Of a stretch of DNA of 64,000 nucleotides, positions 1-10,989 are shown piece by piece. The stretch is from Candidatus Uhrbacteria bacterium (GTDB taxonomy: Bacteria > Patescibacteriota > Patescibacteriia > UBA9934). Every line of letters starts with the position of its first letter. Position 1 is the stretch's first letter. The position numbers and the translations under genes are program-made. The DNA lies in the NCBI GenBank assembly GCA_943359325.1, contig CALRHD010000002.1, forward strand, positions 4,629-68,628, read 5' to 3'. The notes beneath the pieces are model-generated. The model searched no databases and had not been told where the DNA came from. It was given only the letters and a program-made list of their open reading frames with translations.

Positions 1-23
1 TTAAACCACTCGGCCACCCTTCC
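1..23 (-). tRNA. 5' end of a tRNA, most likely tRNA-Ser (truncated by window edge)
   Basis: Reverse complement reads GGAAGGGTGGCCGAGTGGTTTAA, i.e. acceptor-stem 5' strand, U8 and a D-arm typical of tRNA-Ser; the anticodon lies outside the window. Confidence 0.75.
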
Positions 24-144
24 GTGCGAACAAAGACTAGCGGAAAAATCATTTTTCGTAAAGTTGTCGTCTGCAGATCGGTGCGCTATTTTTCGGCAGT
101 TGCGCTGGACGAATTGTGTGCGGCGATGTAGGATAGGTAATCTT

Positions 145-2217
145 ATGTCGGGTATTTTGCAGGAAATAAAAACCGTGAAGGGCGTGGGGGCATTGAAGGC
201 GCGGGATTTTTCGCGATTGGGTTTGGAGACGTTGTACGATGTGTTGTATGACTTTCCGTTTCGTTACGACGACCTCTCGAATATTTTGCATATTGTGGAA
301 GTGCGATCGGGACAGAAAATTACTGTGCAAGGAAGAATTGCCGCGATTGAAAACAGGAAGAGTCATGCGTCTCGACGGATGATGATTACTGAGGCAGTTG
401 TTGAGGACGGCACGGGGACGATAAAGGCAACATGGTTTCACCAGGGTTTTCTTACAAAACTGTTGCGTCCCGGCGTTATTGTGTCGCTGGCAGGGAAGGT
501 CGACGACAAATATGGGCTTGCTCTCGTGAATCCTGCGTATGAAGTGATCGGCAATGCGCGATCGACAACACACACGGGGCGCATTGTGCCGATTTATCGT
601 TTGGCGGGTGCGTTGACGCAAAAAGTTCGTCGTATTGTTGCCGAGCGTGCGGTGAGTCTTGTTGGTGACATTGCAGAATGGATGCCAAGCGACATCGTGA
701 AAGACGCGCAACTCATTCCGCTTGCGGCAGCGCTTCGTGAAATGCATTTTCCAGAGACGACGACCGCAAAAGAGAAGGCGATTCATCGTCTGAAGTTTGA
801 TGAATTCTTTTTGCATCAATTGCTCCATGCAAAGTCTCGTCGTGAATTGCAATGTCAACGAGCACCAAAAATTACGTTCAACGAGAAGATTGTGAAGGAC
901 GCTGTTGCGTCGTTGCCATTTGTGTTGACCGACGCGCAGAAGAAATCTGCGTGGGCAATTATGAAAGACATGCAGCGTACGGAGCCCATGAACCGTTTGC
1001 TCGAGGGTGACGTGGGGAGTGGAAAAACGGCCGTCGCAGCGCTTGTTGCAGTGAATGCAGCGTCTCAAGGTTGGCAGACGGCAATGCTGGCGCCAACGGA
1101 AATTCTTGCAGAGCAGCACGCAATGACGCTTGAACGACTGTTTGGAAAAACGCTCCGTATTGCGCTCTACACACGAACGAAGCGCCGTGTGAACGGGAGG
1201 GAAGTGACGAAGGAGCAACTGCTTGAGGGTTTGCGAAACGGGAAAGTTGATCTTGCGATTGGAACGCATGCGTTGCTCACCGAGCAAGTACTTTTTGATC
1301 GCCTTGGTTTGATTGTCGTCGACGAGCAGCATCGTTTTGGTGTGCGGCAACGACAGGCCTTAAAAGACAAACAGGGCGACGCCGACGGCATTCCGCACTT
1401 GCTCTCTATGACCGCGACGCCGATTCCGCGTTCGTTGGCGCTGGTGTTATATGGAGATCTCGATCGCTCATTGCTCGACGAATATCCTGCGGGGCGTAAA
1501 CCTATTGCGACGTCGATTGTCGACGTCGGTCGAGAGGGTGAAGCGTACGGCGTCATGAAAAAAGAAATGGACGCAGGGCGGCAAGTATTCGTGGTGTGTC
1601 CGCTTATTGAAGAGTCGGACGCGCTTGGTGTGCAGTCGGTGAATGAAGTATATGCATATTTTGCGGAAGGGCCGTTTAAGGAATATAAAATCGCAATGCT
1701 GCACGGAAAGTTAAAGACGAAAGAAAAGGATGACGTGATGCGTGCATTTGCGCGTGGCGAATTTGACATGCTTATCGCGACGACGGTGGTGGAGGTGGGA
1801 ATAGATGTGCAGAACGCGACGGTGATGTATGTGGAGGGGGCGGAGCGGTTTGGGTTGGCGCAATTGCATCAGCTGCGTGGTCGTGTAGGGCGCGGCGAAC
1901 ATGCGAGTGTGTGCTTTTTGCATCCGAGTGCAATGTTGTCGTTGACGGCACGGGAGCGCTTGCTTGCGTTAGTGGAAAGTCAAAATGGATTTGAACTTGC
2001 AGAGGCCGACTTGCGTTTGCGTGGGCCGGGGGATGTATTTGGGACGCGTCAAAGTGGGTTTGAGCAGTTCAAACTCGGCACCTACGCCGACATCGACGTG
2101 ATTAGCATGGCAAAGGATTACGCAAAAACCATGCTTGACGACGACCCCGACCTCGCCCGTCACCCGCTTCTGCGCGACCGTATGCTCGCCTATGCGCAGG
2201 AGGTGCATTTTGAGTAA
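145..2217 (+). CDS. recG: ATP-dependent DNA helicase RecG
   Basis: Wedge/OB N-terminus, MNRLLEGDVGSGKT, DEQHRFGV, MTATPIPRS, AERFGLAQLHQLRGRVGRG; start moved to ATG 145. Confidence 0.97.
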   Translation: MSGILQEIKTVKGVGALKARDFSRLGLETLYDVLYDFPFRYDDLSNILHIVEVRSGQKITVQGRIAAIENRKSHASRRMMITEAVVEDGTGTIKATWFHQGFLTKLLRPGVIVSLAGKVDDKYGLALVNPAYEVIGNARSTTHTGRIVPIYRLAGALTQKVRRIVAERAVSLVGDIAEWMPSDIVKDAQLIPLAAALREMHFPETTTAKEKAIHRLKFDEFFLHQLLHAKSRRELQCQRAPKITFNEKIVKDAVASLPFVLTDAQKKSAWAIMKDMQRTEPMNRLLEGDVGSGKTAVAALVAVNAASQGWQTAMLAPTEILAEQHAMTLERLFGKTLRIALYTRTKRRVNGREVTKEQLLEGLRNGKVDLAIGTHALLTEQVLFDRLGLIVVDEQHRFGVRQRQALKDKQGDADGIPHLLSMTATPIPRSLALVLYGDLDRSLLDEYPAGRKPIATSIVDVGREGEAYGVMKKEMDAGRQVFVVCPLIEESDALGVQSVNEVYAYFAEGPFKEYKIAMLHGKLKTKEKDDVMRAFARGEFDMLIATTVVEVGIDVQNATVMYVEGAERFGLAQLHQLRGRVGRGEHASVCFLHPSAMLSLTARERLLALVESQNGFELAEADLRLRGPGDVFGTRQSGFEQFKLGTYADIDVISMAKDYAKTMLDDDPDLARHPLLRDRMLAYAQEVHFE

Positions 2218-2231
2218 TTCGTGATGAGCCT

Positions 2232-2254
2232 TGTCCACGACTCAGTTGCGGACA
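2232..2254 (+). repeat. REP family 1 hairpin, copy 1 (contains the RAYT stop codon)
   Basis: TGTCCACGACTCAGTTGCGGACA, identical to the copies at 2999, 17396 and 33634. Confidence 0.9.
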
Positions 2255-2880
2255 CCGCTCCATTCTCGCATAAACTTTTGGTAATCACTTTTTCCTTGAA
2301 ACAGATTACTGAGAATATCCATGCTGACGATAGGATCGTGTACCAGCATCAGATAGTGACTGTAGCTTGACCATGGATATGATGTGAGAAGTGCATTTGC
2401 GACATCCCAGTTTTCTATACCGCGAATCTTCCAGTCGGGGAGAAAGAGCTTGAGTGGATTGAAGTGGATATATCGCGAAATGTGTAGAAGCTGTGCGTCG
2501 CTTTTTATTGGCACAGCCTTATATTCACTTTCCCATAGCCGTCCCGTTCGCTCATTTTGACGATTAAAGTATTGAGCAAAACCAACACCCAACTTCTGCA
2601 TAAAGCGTGATACCCCATTGTCTGATACTTGTTTTAGGAGAAAATGGTAATGATTTGGCATGATCGCGTAACTCATAATTTTCACTAAAGGATTCTTGCT
2701 CGGTGATGGGCGGTGCTGGAGTCTGTGGAGAACGATTCTCCTGTCGCCCGTATCATTGAAGGCGAGCATACTGCGAATGAATCGTTCGCGATCGTTGTCG
2801 TTGCCATACGTCGATCGACGATCAACGCCGCGATTATATACATGATAGTAACCATCATTGACGATTTGTTCCTTGCGCAT
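2242..2880 (-). mobile_element. REP-associated tyrosine transposase (RAYT, Y1 HUH, IS200-like TnpA)
   Basis: YYHVYNRG, HUH motif MPNHYHFL, YFNRQNERTGRLW, catalytic Tyr motif RYIHFNP, YPWSSY; REP hairpins on both sides; start taken at ATG 2880. Confidence 0.92.
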
Positions 2881-2986
2881 AAAAAAGATGTTAAACAGTA
2901 AATAAAAATCTCCCAATGCGCTCATCATAATAGATGAACGTAGGGAGTACGTATTCATTTTCCTGCGAAGCACGACGGACGTCAAG

Positions 2987-3021
2987 TGTGGATAAGTTTG
3001 TCCACGACTCAGTTGCGGACA
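2987..3021 (+). repeat. REP family 1, copy 2, with DnaA-box leader
   Basis: TGTGGATAA-GTT-TGTCCACGACTCAGTTGCGGACA; directly abuts the radA stop codon (3022). Confidence 0.9.
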
Positions 3022-4299
3022 TTACTTCAATAACTGATCGATTGTCTTGATCGTTTTTGGCGTAATGGCGTTTTTGAGTCCGAGGCGTTCGGCCTCTTTG
3101 AGGCGGCGTTCGAGGTGGGGAACGGTGCGTACTTCGCCGCCGAGGCCGAGTTCGCCAAAAATAACCGTGTCGTCAGGGATTATTTTGTTTGACATTGCCG
3201 ACATGATCGCTGCGGCAACTGCAAGGTCAGCCGCCTTTTCTTTGACCTGCATGCCACCGACGACGTTGAGGTAGACATCTTGATCACCAACTTTGACGCC
3301 CGCACGTTTATTCACAATCGCGAGGAGCATTTGTAGCCGACTCGCGTCGTAGCCAGACGTGCGGCGCACAGGGTTTGGGAAAAGGCTGCGATCGATGAGT
3401 GCTTGAATTTCGACGAGAAACGGGCGTGAACCTTCCATGATGCAGGTGACAACAGACCCAGGGCAGGGGATGCGTTCGGCGAGAAATCGTGCTGAGGGAT
3501 TTTCTACTGTTACCATGCCATGTTCGGTCATTTCGAATACACCGACGTCGTCCGTTGCACCAAAACGATTTTTGCTACAGCGCAAAATGCGGTACGCCGT
3601 GTCGGCATCGCCTTCGAGTGTGAGAAGTGTGTCAACGAGGTGCTCGAGCGTTTTTGGCCCTGCGATTGACCCCTCTTTTGTGACTTGTCCGATGATGAGC
3701 ACGGGCACATTCGCAGTTTTTGCGTAGCTGATGAGTTCGCTCGTTGCCGCACGGACCGCTGTCGGCGTCCCCGGAAATGCATCGGCGTCCTCGACCATCA
3801 TTGTTTGTATAGAGTCAACAATGAGAATGCTCGGTGACATGGTTTTCGCTGCGGCAATAATACTGCCGATTTCGACGGCTCCCGAAAACACAATTGATTG
3901 CATACCAATACCGAGGCGTTCAAATCGCATACGCACTTGCCCCTCGCTTTCTTCGCCAGAGACGTAGTATGAAGGCGTCGACGACGACATTGCCACAGCA
4001 ATCTGCGCGACGAGCGTCGACTTTCCAATACCTGGTTCGCCTGCCAACAAAACAACAGCACCTGGAACAATGCCGCCACCGAGCACGCGGTCGAGTTCAG
4101 CAATATCTGTGGGGCGGTGAGTAATTTTGGTGAAGTTGGTGTTGTCGAGCGCGATCATCGCTGCGGGTGCAGCTTTTGCAGATGAAGTTTGGCGACCCGG
4201 CGTCGTACCACCTTCTGCAATAGTTCCCCAATTTCCGCATTCGGTGCAACGCCCCTGCCATTTGTTAAATTGACTGTCGCACTTGGTACAAGAAAACAT
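3022..4299 (-). CDS. radA: DNA repair protein RadA/Sms
   Basis: N-terminal C4 zinc finger, GEPGIGKST, KNRFG motif, Lon-like C-terminus GELGLGGEVR. Confidence 0.97.
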   Translation of the reverse strand: MFSCTKCDSQFNKWQGRCTECGNWGTIAEGGTTPGRQTSSAKAAPAAMIALDNTNFTKITHRPTDIAELDRVLGGGIVPGAVVLLAGEPGIGKSTLVAQIAVAMSSSTPSYYVSGEESEGQVRMRFERLGIGMQSIVFSGAVEIGSIIAAAKTMSPSILIVDSIQTMMVEDADAFPGTPTAVRAATSELISYAKTANVPVLIIGQVTKEGSIAGPKTLEHLVDTLLTLEGDADTAYRILRCSKNRFGATDDVGVFEMTEHGMVTVENPSARFLAERIPCPGSVVTCIMEGSRPFLVEIQALIDRSLFPNPVRRTSGYDASRLQMLLAIVNKRAGVKVGDQDVYLNVVGGMQVKEKAADLAVAAAIMSAMSNKIIPDDTVIFGELGLGGEVRTVPHLERRLKEAERLGLKNAITPKTIKTIDQLLK

Positions 4300-4319
4300 A
4301 TTTTACGCCCCCTTCACAC

Positions 4320-4354
4320 TGTGGATAACTATGTCCTCGACTCAGTTGAGGACA
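4320..4354 (+). repeat. REP family 1, copy 3 (compensatory T-A variant) with DnaA-box leader
   Basis: TGTGGATAA-CTA-TGTCCTCGACTCAGTTGAGGACA; abuts the stop codon at 4355. Confidence 0.88.
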
Positions 4355-5812
4355 CTACCGGCACATCGTTGTTGGTCTGACGCTTTCGCTGATGGGCGTG
4401 ACGCAGCAGTGGTTTTTCGCGTCCCATGTTTTGCAGAGCGCCGTCGAGTACACGGTACCGTTTGCGCCGCCAATGCGATAGCTCGAGTCGCCAAACGCCG
4501 TGTTGCACGACGACGACCCTTGCCCTGCGAGTTCAAAGTGCCACGGCTCGTTCGGAATGCGGCAAAACCCATTCGCGAACAGTGTTTGCGTCATGAGGTT
4601 TTGTAGCGTGACGTCGAATTGAAATCCTGTACCCGACCCCTCTGCCCATAAATCGGCAGCGACGTTGTTCGTATGTGTGCAATTGCGTCCGTCGCCATGG
4701 GCAACGAGCCCCGCGATAACTTCGGATTTGCTTATTCCAGAGTACGCATCGGTGAGCGTCCATTTTCCGCTCACTTTGCTTATCACTGTTTTGTCGCTTC
4801 CGTCGACATTACACGTATCAGGACTGCAGTAGCCATTTTTTGCGACACAATTCTCGTAGAAGAGCGTTGCTTGTTTTTGGATGCTACGACTTCCTGACGT
4901 TACACGAATGTTTTTCGCATTTCCAGGATTCAATGCATTACTCGCGGTGTAAAATTTTCCTGCTGCGGCCGTCAATTTCGTGAGGACATCTTTACCGATA
5001 TACGTGTCCCCTGATTTCACACTAACAATGAGATGAGTGCCCCCCCCTCCTACAAGTTGCGTGACATCGTCGCCTTGCACGATAGCAATCGCAGGCATGT
5101 AGTCTGCGAAGTCTTCGAAATCGGCAGTCGCGACGTATTCGATGGTTTTTATTTTGAGAGTTGCGAATTTTACGGTGTGCGGGTCGATGAGAAACGCAAT
5201 AGTATACGCCGACATGAGGAGGACCATGCCCGTTACTGCGTTCACCATACGGGTTTTTGCTTGCTTTACGGCGTCCGCATGACCGCGCGAAAGAATGTAT
5301 TGGAATCCACCGACCATGAGCATGATAATGGCGACGAGTGCCATGGCGACCATGAGAAACCTGTAGAGCGCATCGACATACGATGCGAGGTAGTTTATGT
5401 TCAGATTGCCGTCGGCGTCGTAGGTAAGACCGTTTGAAAAGTCGAGTCCAGGAATGGCGACGTTGAGATTGGGAATAATCGGATTGCGCTTTTCGCCACC
5501 CTCGGTGTTGTCTTCTGTTTCTGCTACTGCCTCTTGACTTGTGATTGTACCCGCACCAACAGGTGCGTCATTCCCTTCGTTGTCCGTGCAGATGAGCGAC
5601 CAGTTGACATTGCCTTTTGTTGCATATGGCGTGCACGCAGTGATGCAGCTCGACATGAGGTTGTTCGCATTTTCTTCGACGGTTCCTTCACCATTCGACA
5701 GGTCTTGATAGACACACGAACAGGTGTATGAATCCTGCATGCAATAAACCGCCGACGCATGCAGCGGTGCGAAAATGAGCAGTGCGGTGATGACGATGAG
5801 AATGCGTTTCAT
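4355..5812 (-). CDS. Secreted Cys-rich protein: TrbC/VirB2-like pilin segment fused to an M15 (VanY-like) zinc peptidase domain
   Basis: Signal peptide; pilin-like two-helix segment (IIMLMVGGFQYILSRG...AKTRMVNAVTGMVL); M15 motifs SGSRS, H-x6-D (HTNNVAAD) and EPWHFE. Confidence 0.75.
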   Translation of the reverse strand: MKRILIVITALLIFAPLHASAVYCMQDSYTCSCVYQDLSNGEGTVEENANNLMSSCITACTPYATKGNVNWSLICTDNEGNDAPVGAGTITSQEAVAETEDNTEGGEKRNPIIPNLNVAIPGLDFSNGLTYDADGNLNINYLASYVDALYRFLMVAMALVAIIMLMVGGFQYILSRGHADAVKQAKTRMVNAVTGMVLLMSAYTIAFLIDPHTVKFATLKIKTIEYVATADFEDFADYMPAIAIVQGDDVTQLVGGGGTHLIVSVKSGDTYIGKDVLTKLTAAAGKFYTASNALNPGNAKNIRVTSGSRSIQKQATLFYENCVAKNGYCSPDTCNVDGSDKTVISKVSGKWTLTDAYSGISKSEVIAGLVAHGDGRNCTHTNNVAADLWAEGSGTGFQFDVTLQNLMTQTLFANGFCRIPNEPWHFELAGQGSSSCNTAFGDSSYRIGGANGTVYSTALCKTWDAKNHCCVTPISESVRPTTMCR

Positions 5813-6456
5813 GGTGTGTGGGCTAGCGCGGAGCGAATTGCTCCTTCGATTTCCGATGCACTTACGGCGCCCGTGAAGCGCTCGTTGTTTATGAATATCG
5901 TTGGTGTTGCGGTTATTTGGAGTGTGATGCCTTCGTCGTAGCTTTTTTCAATGAGTGGGAGCGTTTCTTGTTTTTCGGTGCAACGGTTAAACGTGCGTTC
6001 GTTGAGCTTCAGCGATTGCGCGATGGACGTGTAGAGTTCACTCCCAAGTGACGCTTGGTTTGCAAAGAGGTACGAGTGGTACGGGAAAAATGCGTCTTGT
6101 TTTCCTGCGCAGCGCGCGGCTATTGCGGCGTTGAGTGCTTCAGGATGCACCGATGTGTTCGGCATGTCTTTCCACACTAATCGGATTTGATTTGGGAATT
6201 TTGCAATGACGTCGACAAGTGTATTTTCGACGTCTGCACAGGTGCCACATGAATAGTCGCCGAAGCTCACGATGGTGACAGGTGCATCGGCGGCGCCTAC
6301 ACTCGGGTCGGCAATGGTGACGGTTGGCGTGGTGATGAGTGTTGTGCTATCGGTAAATGTCACATGGTCGCCACTACCGAGCGAGAATATGAAGAATACA
6401 AAAATGATTGTGGCGACGAACACGATGGCGATAATTGCGTGCCAAAAATAGCGCAT
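5809..6456 (-). CDS. DsbA-family thioredoxin-fold protein (membrane anchored)
   Basis: N-terminal TM, GAADAPVTIVSFGDYSCGTC (CxxC), cis-Pro motif ATPTIFIN; ATGA overlap with the downstream gene. Confidence 0.9.
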   Translation of the reverse strand: MRYFWHAIIAIVFVATIIFVFFIFSLGSGDHVTFTDSTTLITTPTVTIADPSVGAADAPVTIVSFGDYSCGTCADVENTLVDVIAKFPNQIRLVWKDMPNTSVHPEALNAAIAARCAGKQDAFFPYHSYLFANQASLGSELYTSIAQSLKLNERTFNRCTEKQETLPLIEKSYDEGITLQITATPTIFINNERFTGAVSASEIEGAIRSALAHTP

Positions 6457-6460
6457 AGTG

Positions 6461-7681
6461 TTAGTGAAGTTTCATGGATAATAGTCGTCCTGACGCGTCC
6501 TGGAAATAGAGTGTATTGCCGTTTTCGCTGACAGTGAGGTTGAACATTGCAGTTTCGGCAGCCGCGTATCCGAGTGGCGTTGCTTTGCCGGATGGAAGGT
6601 CGATTTGGTAGAGCGTGTCGGGTGATGTCACTAAACTATGATTGTCGCCAGAGCCATCTGCCACTATTCGTGGCACAGCGCAATAGATCGTTGACGCCGA
6701 TGCGAACGTGCATTTCTCGACCCATGTTTCAGGGCCGAGGTGTAAGCGAATGCCACCGTGACGGTCGCCGCGGCTATCGGTGTACCAAAGCGATGGACGG
6801 TAATTGTTGCTTGCGTCGGAAACCGAGTACAAAATATTTGTGCCGTCGGGCGACCAGATCGCGCTGAAATTTGCACCAACAACGGTGACGCTTCCGACTG
6901 CATCGCCTGTTTGTCCGATGAGGTAGAGTTGGTTTTGGTCGAACGACTGCGTGTAGCCTGTCGCCGAGAATGCAACGACGTTGCCTGATGGAGAAAGATT
7001 GACGTCGACCTTGTCGTCGTTCTCGCCGAGCGCCGCGATGACGTCAGTGTGTGAACCGTCGGTCGCGGTTATGACGAGCGAGCGGTTCGACGCGTCGTTC
7101 CCAATGCTCTTTGTTGCGATCTCGCTGCCATCCTCGCTAAATGAAAAGTCTTCCCAGTGCGACGGGAGCGTCGTTTGCTTTGCCGATATGAAGTCGTACA
7201 CAACATTGCTCCCGTCTGGGAATTCTATAACCGCGGCAGTCGCGTTGTTTGCGATGGTCACGTTCTCGGCGTTCGGAAAACGCGCCTGCGACAACAGCGT
7301 GACGTCGCCATGACTGTTGATTGTGTAAAAATGACCATCGGCAGGGTCGTAATAGGCCAATGTGCCGTCGCGCGTCATTGTGGGACTCACAATTTCTGTA
7401 TTCGTAAGGAGTAGTGTCGCCGTTGCGGCTCCGCCTTCTGCAATTTGCGAAATGGGGAGTGCACCTGTGCCCGTTGTTCCATCTGCCGACGTTGGTGTTT
7501 CGCCTGTCCCTCCCGTTGCGTCGCCTGAACCCGTGAGGTTGCTCGCGGTTTCTTGCTCTTCGGGTGTCGTGGTGACGCTTGGCGCTTTGCGTAAAAATGC
7601 GAAGTAGAGCGCGATGCCAATAAGCACAGCGACACAGAGAAACAATGCAAGGCGGAAGAGTATTTTTATACGGTCAGACAT
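6461..7681 (-). CDS. Membrane-anchored beta-propeller (TolB/WD40-like) protein
   Basis: N-terminal TM, Thr/Gly-rich linker, repeated FSEDG/LSPSG/WSPDG blade motifs. Confidence 0.7.
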   Translation of the reverse strand: MSDRIKILFRLALFLCVAVLIGIALYFAFLRKAPSVTTTPEEQETASNLTGSGDATGGTGETPTSADGTTGTGALPISQIAEGGAATATLLLTNTEIVSPTMTRDGTLAYYDPADGHFYTINSHGDVTLLSQARFPNAENVTIANNATAAVIEFPDGSNVVYDFISAKQTTLPSHWEDFSFSEDGSEIATKSIGNDASNRSLVITATDGSHTDVIAALGENDDKVDVNLSPSGNVVAFSATGYTQSFDQNQLYLIGQTGDAVGSVTVVGANFSAIWSPDGTNILYSVSDASNNYRPSLWYTDSRGDRHGGIRLHLGPETWVEKCTFASASTIYCAVPRIVADGSGDNHSLVTSPDTLYQIDLPSGKATPLGYAAAETAMFNLTVSENGNTLYFQDASGRLLSMKLH

Positions 7682-7702
7682 AGATTCAATCATTGCTCTT
7701 GG

Positions 7703-8452
7703 CTATCTGCCAAATGTGATTTCTGCCCATGCCCGAATGCCAAGCATGGGATTTGTGACAATTTCATAGCCGATAACGATGAACATGACGAATACGCCGA
7801 GGATAAAAAACACCCAGAAATACAAGAAAACGGCGTCGACGAGTTGACCCCAGCCGTGCATGCTTCGAAGATCGAATTTTTGCGGCAACATTCTGCCAAG
7901 CGTGCCGCCGTTGATTTTTTCATTGAACGCGGGGAATATCGTTAACAGTAATTGATACATGCTGCCGAGCCAGCCGAATGCGAGCATGACGCCGCCGTCT
8001 GCGGGCAGCATATCAATCGTACCGCTCCCCTGAAACACGGAACCCCACACGGCTTCGTTTGCGAATTGCTCACCTTCGCTTCGTTCGCTCGCTCCTGTGA
8101 CGGTGACGCTACTACGTCCCGCTACTCGTCTGTTTGCAGGCATCTGAAGTTCATAGCTCGCTTCGTTATCTTCTGACGACCTTGCAGGAAATTCGGGAAG
8201 CCGTTGTCGTGTTGCCGACGCGATGCGTGCACGTTGTTGCGCTGCGGCGAATCGGTTTCCTTGCGGCAGCGTTGCTTCCGCGATCATAAATTTTTGATTG
8301 TTCGCGGGGTACTCTTGATTGTTCGCAGACGCGGGGGCTTCACTAGTTTCTGACAATCGCGCTCTTTGGAGCACCACGCGATTACGCAAAAATTCCCCCC
8401 GTGCAATAGCAGGATCGAACGCGGGGAGTCCTCGTGTTGCGGCCAAAGCCAT
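7703..8452 (-). CDS. Hypothetical protein, disordered N-terminus and C-terminal TM helices
   Basis: 249-aa ORF co-oriented with its neighbours; extended -10 TGATATACT at 8471-8463. Confidence 0.6.
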   Translation of the reverse strand: MALAATRGLPAFDPAIARGEFLRNRVVLQRARLSETSEAPASANNQEYPANNQKFMIAEATLPQGNRFAAAQQRARIASATRQRLPEFPARSSEDNEASYELQMPANRRVAGRSSVTVTGASERSEGEQFANEAVWGSVFQGSGTIDMLPADGGVMLAFGWLGSMYQLLLTIFPAFNEKINGGTLGRMLPQKFDLRSMHGWGQLVDAVFLYFWVFFILGVFVMFIVIGYEIVTNPMLGIRAWAEITFGR

Positions 8453-8484
8453 ATCGCGTTTCAGTATATCACAAAACGCCCTGC

Positions 8485-10989
8485 TCAGGCGTTTTGTTTT
8501 ACACGTTTTTTGTGCATGCGCGTTACGCGGAATATTCCATTGCTTTCCGTGACGACAACCTCGCGCGGTAGTTTTGATGTGGTAAGCATGAGGTCGGCAA
8601 TGGGGTGTTCGATGTGTTCTTCAATGATGCGACGAACGTCACGAGCACCGTATTTTTCGGTGACGGTGTGCGCAACGGCGTTGGCGATGTGTTTCGTGGC
8701 GCACAATGTGACGCCAAGTGTGGCAAGGCGTTTCGCAGTATCGGCAAGCGCGATGCGTGCGATGAGGGTGAAGTCATCGAATTCGAGTGGGCGGAATAGG
8801 CAGGTGTGGTCGATACGATTGAGAAGCTCGGGGCGGAAATGGTCTTCGAGGAGCAAACGAATATCGTCGCGGAATTGCGCACTCGATACGGTTTGGTCGC
8901 TCACAAAACCGAGGCCATGTTGGTGGAAGCGTTCGCGCCCTGCATTTGTGGTCATGACGATAACTGCATTGCGGAAAGAGACGCTGCGCCCCGTTGCGTC
9001 GGTCAATACGCCGTCGTCAAGAATTTGGAGGAGCAAGTTATGGACGTCGCCATGTGCTTTTTCGAGTTCATCGAAGAGAATAACCGAGTGAGGGCGTGCG
9101 AGAACGGCATCGGTGAGTTTTGCGCCTTCGCGAAACCCGACGTAGCCCGCAGGAGAGCCGATGAGTTTGCTCACGGAAAAACTTTCTCCGAATTCGGACA
9201 TGTCGAAACGCACGAGCGCGTTCGGGTCGTCGAAGACTTCGGCAGCAATCGCGCGTGCAAGTTCGGTTTTTCCCACGCCCGATGGCCCGACGAAGAGGAA
9301 CGACGCGAGCGGACGTTTGGGCTGCGCCAATCCGAGGCGGGCGCGTTGCAGTGCTGCGGCAACACGAGTCACGGCGTCGTGTTGACCAACAACGCGCGCC
9401 GAAAGTCGCTCGGCAAGCGTACGGAGTGCGGCGGATTCATTCGCGGAAAGTCGTGACACGGGAATGCCGGTCATGTGTGCGACGGCAGCATTGATACGTG
9501 CACGGTCGAGCACAAGCGGTGCGCTCGTTGGTGCCTGTTTCTTGAGCGCGCCGTGTTCTTTTCGGAGTGCAGTCTCTTCGGTTTTGCAGGCAAGTGCTTC
9601 GGAAAAGCGTTCTTCAAAAACGGCCGCAGCTTTTCGCATGCGCAGTGTGTCGAGACATGCGGCAATGTCACGAAGTTGTGCGGCATGTTGCGCATGGCGT
9701 TTACCGTACACTGCTGCCGATCCTGCTTCATCTAAAATGTCGATTGCCTTGTCGGGAAAATGTTTTCCGTGCATGTAGCGTTCAGAAAGTGTGAGCGCAG
9801 CCTCGATCGCGTCTTTCGTAAAACGTACGCCGTGGTACTTTTCGTATGCGGGCTGAATGCCAAAAAGTATCGTGCGCGTTTCGGCGAGTGTTGGTTCGTT
9901 GACGGTAATTTTTTGGAATCGTCGTTCGAGCGCAGCGTCGGGTTCTATTTCTTTTTTATATTCGGCAGGCGTTGTTGCGCCAATGCAGCGCAATTCACCA
10001 CGCGCAAGTGCAGGCTTCAAAATGTTTGCCGCGTCGAGCGATCCCGATGCCGCGCCTGCACCAACCACGGTATGCATTTCGTCGATAAACAAAACGATGT
10101 CGGGATGATCGTAGATTTCGTCCAAGATATGCTGGAGTCGCTGCTCAAAGTCGCCACGATACATCGTTCCCGCGACAAGTGTCGCCATATCGAGGCGGAA
10201 AATGCGTTTGTTTTTGAGCGCGTCAGGAACCTTACCGTCGACGATTGCTTTTGCAAGCCCTTCCACGATCGCGGTTTTACCAACGCCTGTTTCGCCTACA
10301 AGCACAGGATTATTTTTTGTTCGACGTAACAAAACGTGCGCAAGCCGTGCGACTTCGTGTTCGCGACCAATGAGCGGGTCGATGCGTGCGGCTACTTCGC
10401 GTGTCGTTAGTTCGGTTGTAAAAAAGTCGAGCGCAGGAGTTTTCTTCGTTTCCACGTTGCACTCTTTGCATTCGGTGTCGTCGGAGTGCGTGTGCGGTGT
10501 GGTTTCTTCGTCGACGTGAACGTTCGGGAACGACGTCGTCGTGCGAAACACCGCCTGCAAATTTTGTACGAGATTTCTTTCGCGTATGCCGCTGTCGTGG
10601 AAAAATGCACGGATATTTTTCTGTGCGAGCTGCAAAAGTCCTGCGAGCAAGTGTTCGGTGCCGACGTGGTGGTGTTCGTGCATGCTTGCCGTCAACACCG
10701 CTTTTTCTATCGCGGTTTTCGCGTCATTCGACAGGAGCGGCGTTTTGTCATTTACGGTGAGTGGAGAAAATGAAGTCTTTCCTGCAGCCACTTTTGCGAA
10801 TATACGCAATGCCTCTTCCTTCACTCCCGCCTTTGCAAGAACCTCCGCGCCAATACTGCCGCGTTCCGTGCCAAGCGACCACAATAATTCTCGCAGCCCG
10901 ATTTCTTCGCCGCCATGCTCCACGACAAGACACAACGCTCGTGTGAGCACACTTTTTAAGTGCGATGTAAATTTATCCGTCAATTCCAT
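8485..10989 (-). CDS. clpC: ATP-dependent Clp protease ATPase subunit ClpC
   Basis: Clp-N repeats, two AAA+ modules (GETGVGKT; GPSGVGKT), [21 protein letters not shown]; start at ATG 10989. Confidence 0.93.
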   Translation of the reverse strand: MELTDKFTSHLKSVLTRALCLVVEHGGEEIGLRELLWSLGTERGSIGAEVLAKAGVKEEALRIFAKVAAGKTSFSPLTVNDKTPLLSNDAKTAIEKAVLTASMHEHHHVGTEHLLAGLLQLAQKNIRAFFHDSGIRERNLVQNLQAVFRTTTSFPNVHVDEETTPHTHSDDTECKECNVETKKTPALDFFTTELTTREVAARIDPLIGREHEVARLAHVLLRRTKNNPVLVGETGVGKTAIVEGLAKAIVDGKVPDALKNKRIFRLDMATLVAGTMYRGDFEQRLQHILDEIYDHPDIVLFIDEMHTVVGAGAASGSLDAANILKPALARGELRCIGATTPAEYKKEIEPDAALERRFQKITVNEPTLAETRTILFGIQPAYEKYHGVRFTKDAIEAALTLSERYMHGKHFPDKAIDILDEAGSAAVYGKRHAQHAAQLRDIAACLDTLRMRKAAAVFEERFSEALACKTEETALRKEHGALKKQAPTSAPLVLDRARINAAVAHMTGIPVSRLSANESAALRTLAERLSARVVGQHDAVTRVAAALQRARLGLAQPKRPLASFLFVGPSGVGKTELARAIAAEVFDDPNALVRFDMSEFGESFSVSKLIGSPAGYVGFREGAKLTDAVLARPHSVILFDELEKAHGDVHNLLLQILDDGVLTDATGRSVSFRNAVIVMTTNAGRERFHQHGLGFVSDQTVSSAQFRDDIRLLLEDHFRPELLNRIDHTCLFRPLEFDDFTLIARIALADTAKRLATLGVTLCATKHIANAVAHTVTEKYGARDVRRIIEEHIEHPIADLMLTTSKLPREVVVTESNGIFRVTRMHKKRVKQNA

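Noticed and set aside
49-1350. 433-aa antisense ORF, and similar long shadow ORFs (12910-14373, 19775-21472, 22322-23377, 54147-55079, 57288-58235)
   Set aside because: They lie opposite well-supported genes and have no motifs; typical antisense shadows of codon bias.
2242-2880. Autonomous IS200/IS605 element with TnpB
   Set aside because: No tnpB, and the flanking hairpin is dispersed in the window without the gene, which fits RAYT/REP.
2987-4354. DnaA boxes as oriC
   Set aside because: Boxes occur singly and dispersed, tied to REP hairpins; there is no cluster, AT-rich unwinding element or dnaA/dnaN here.
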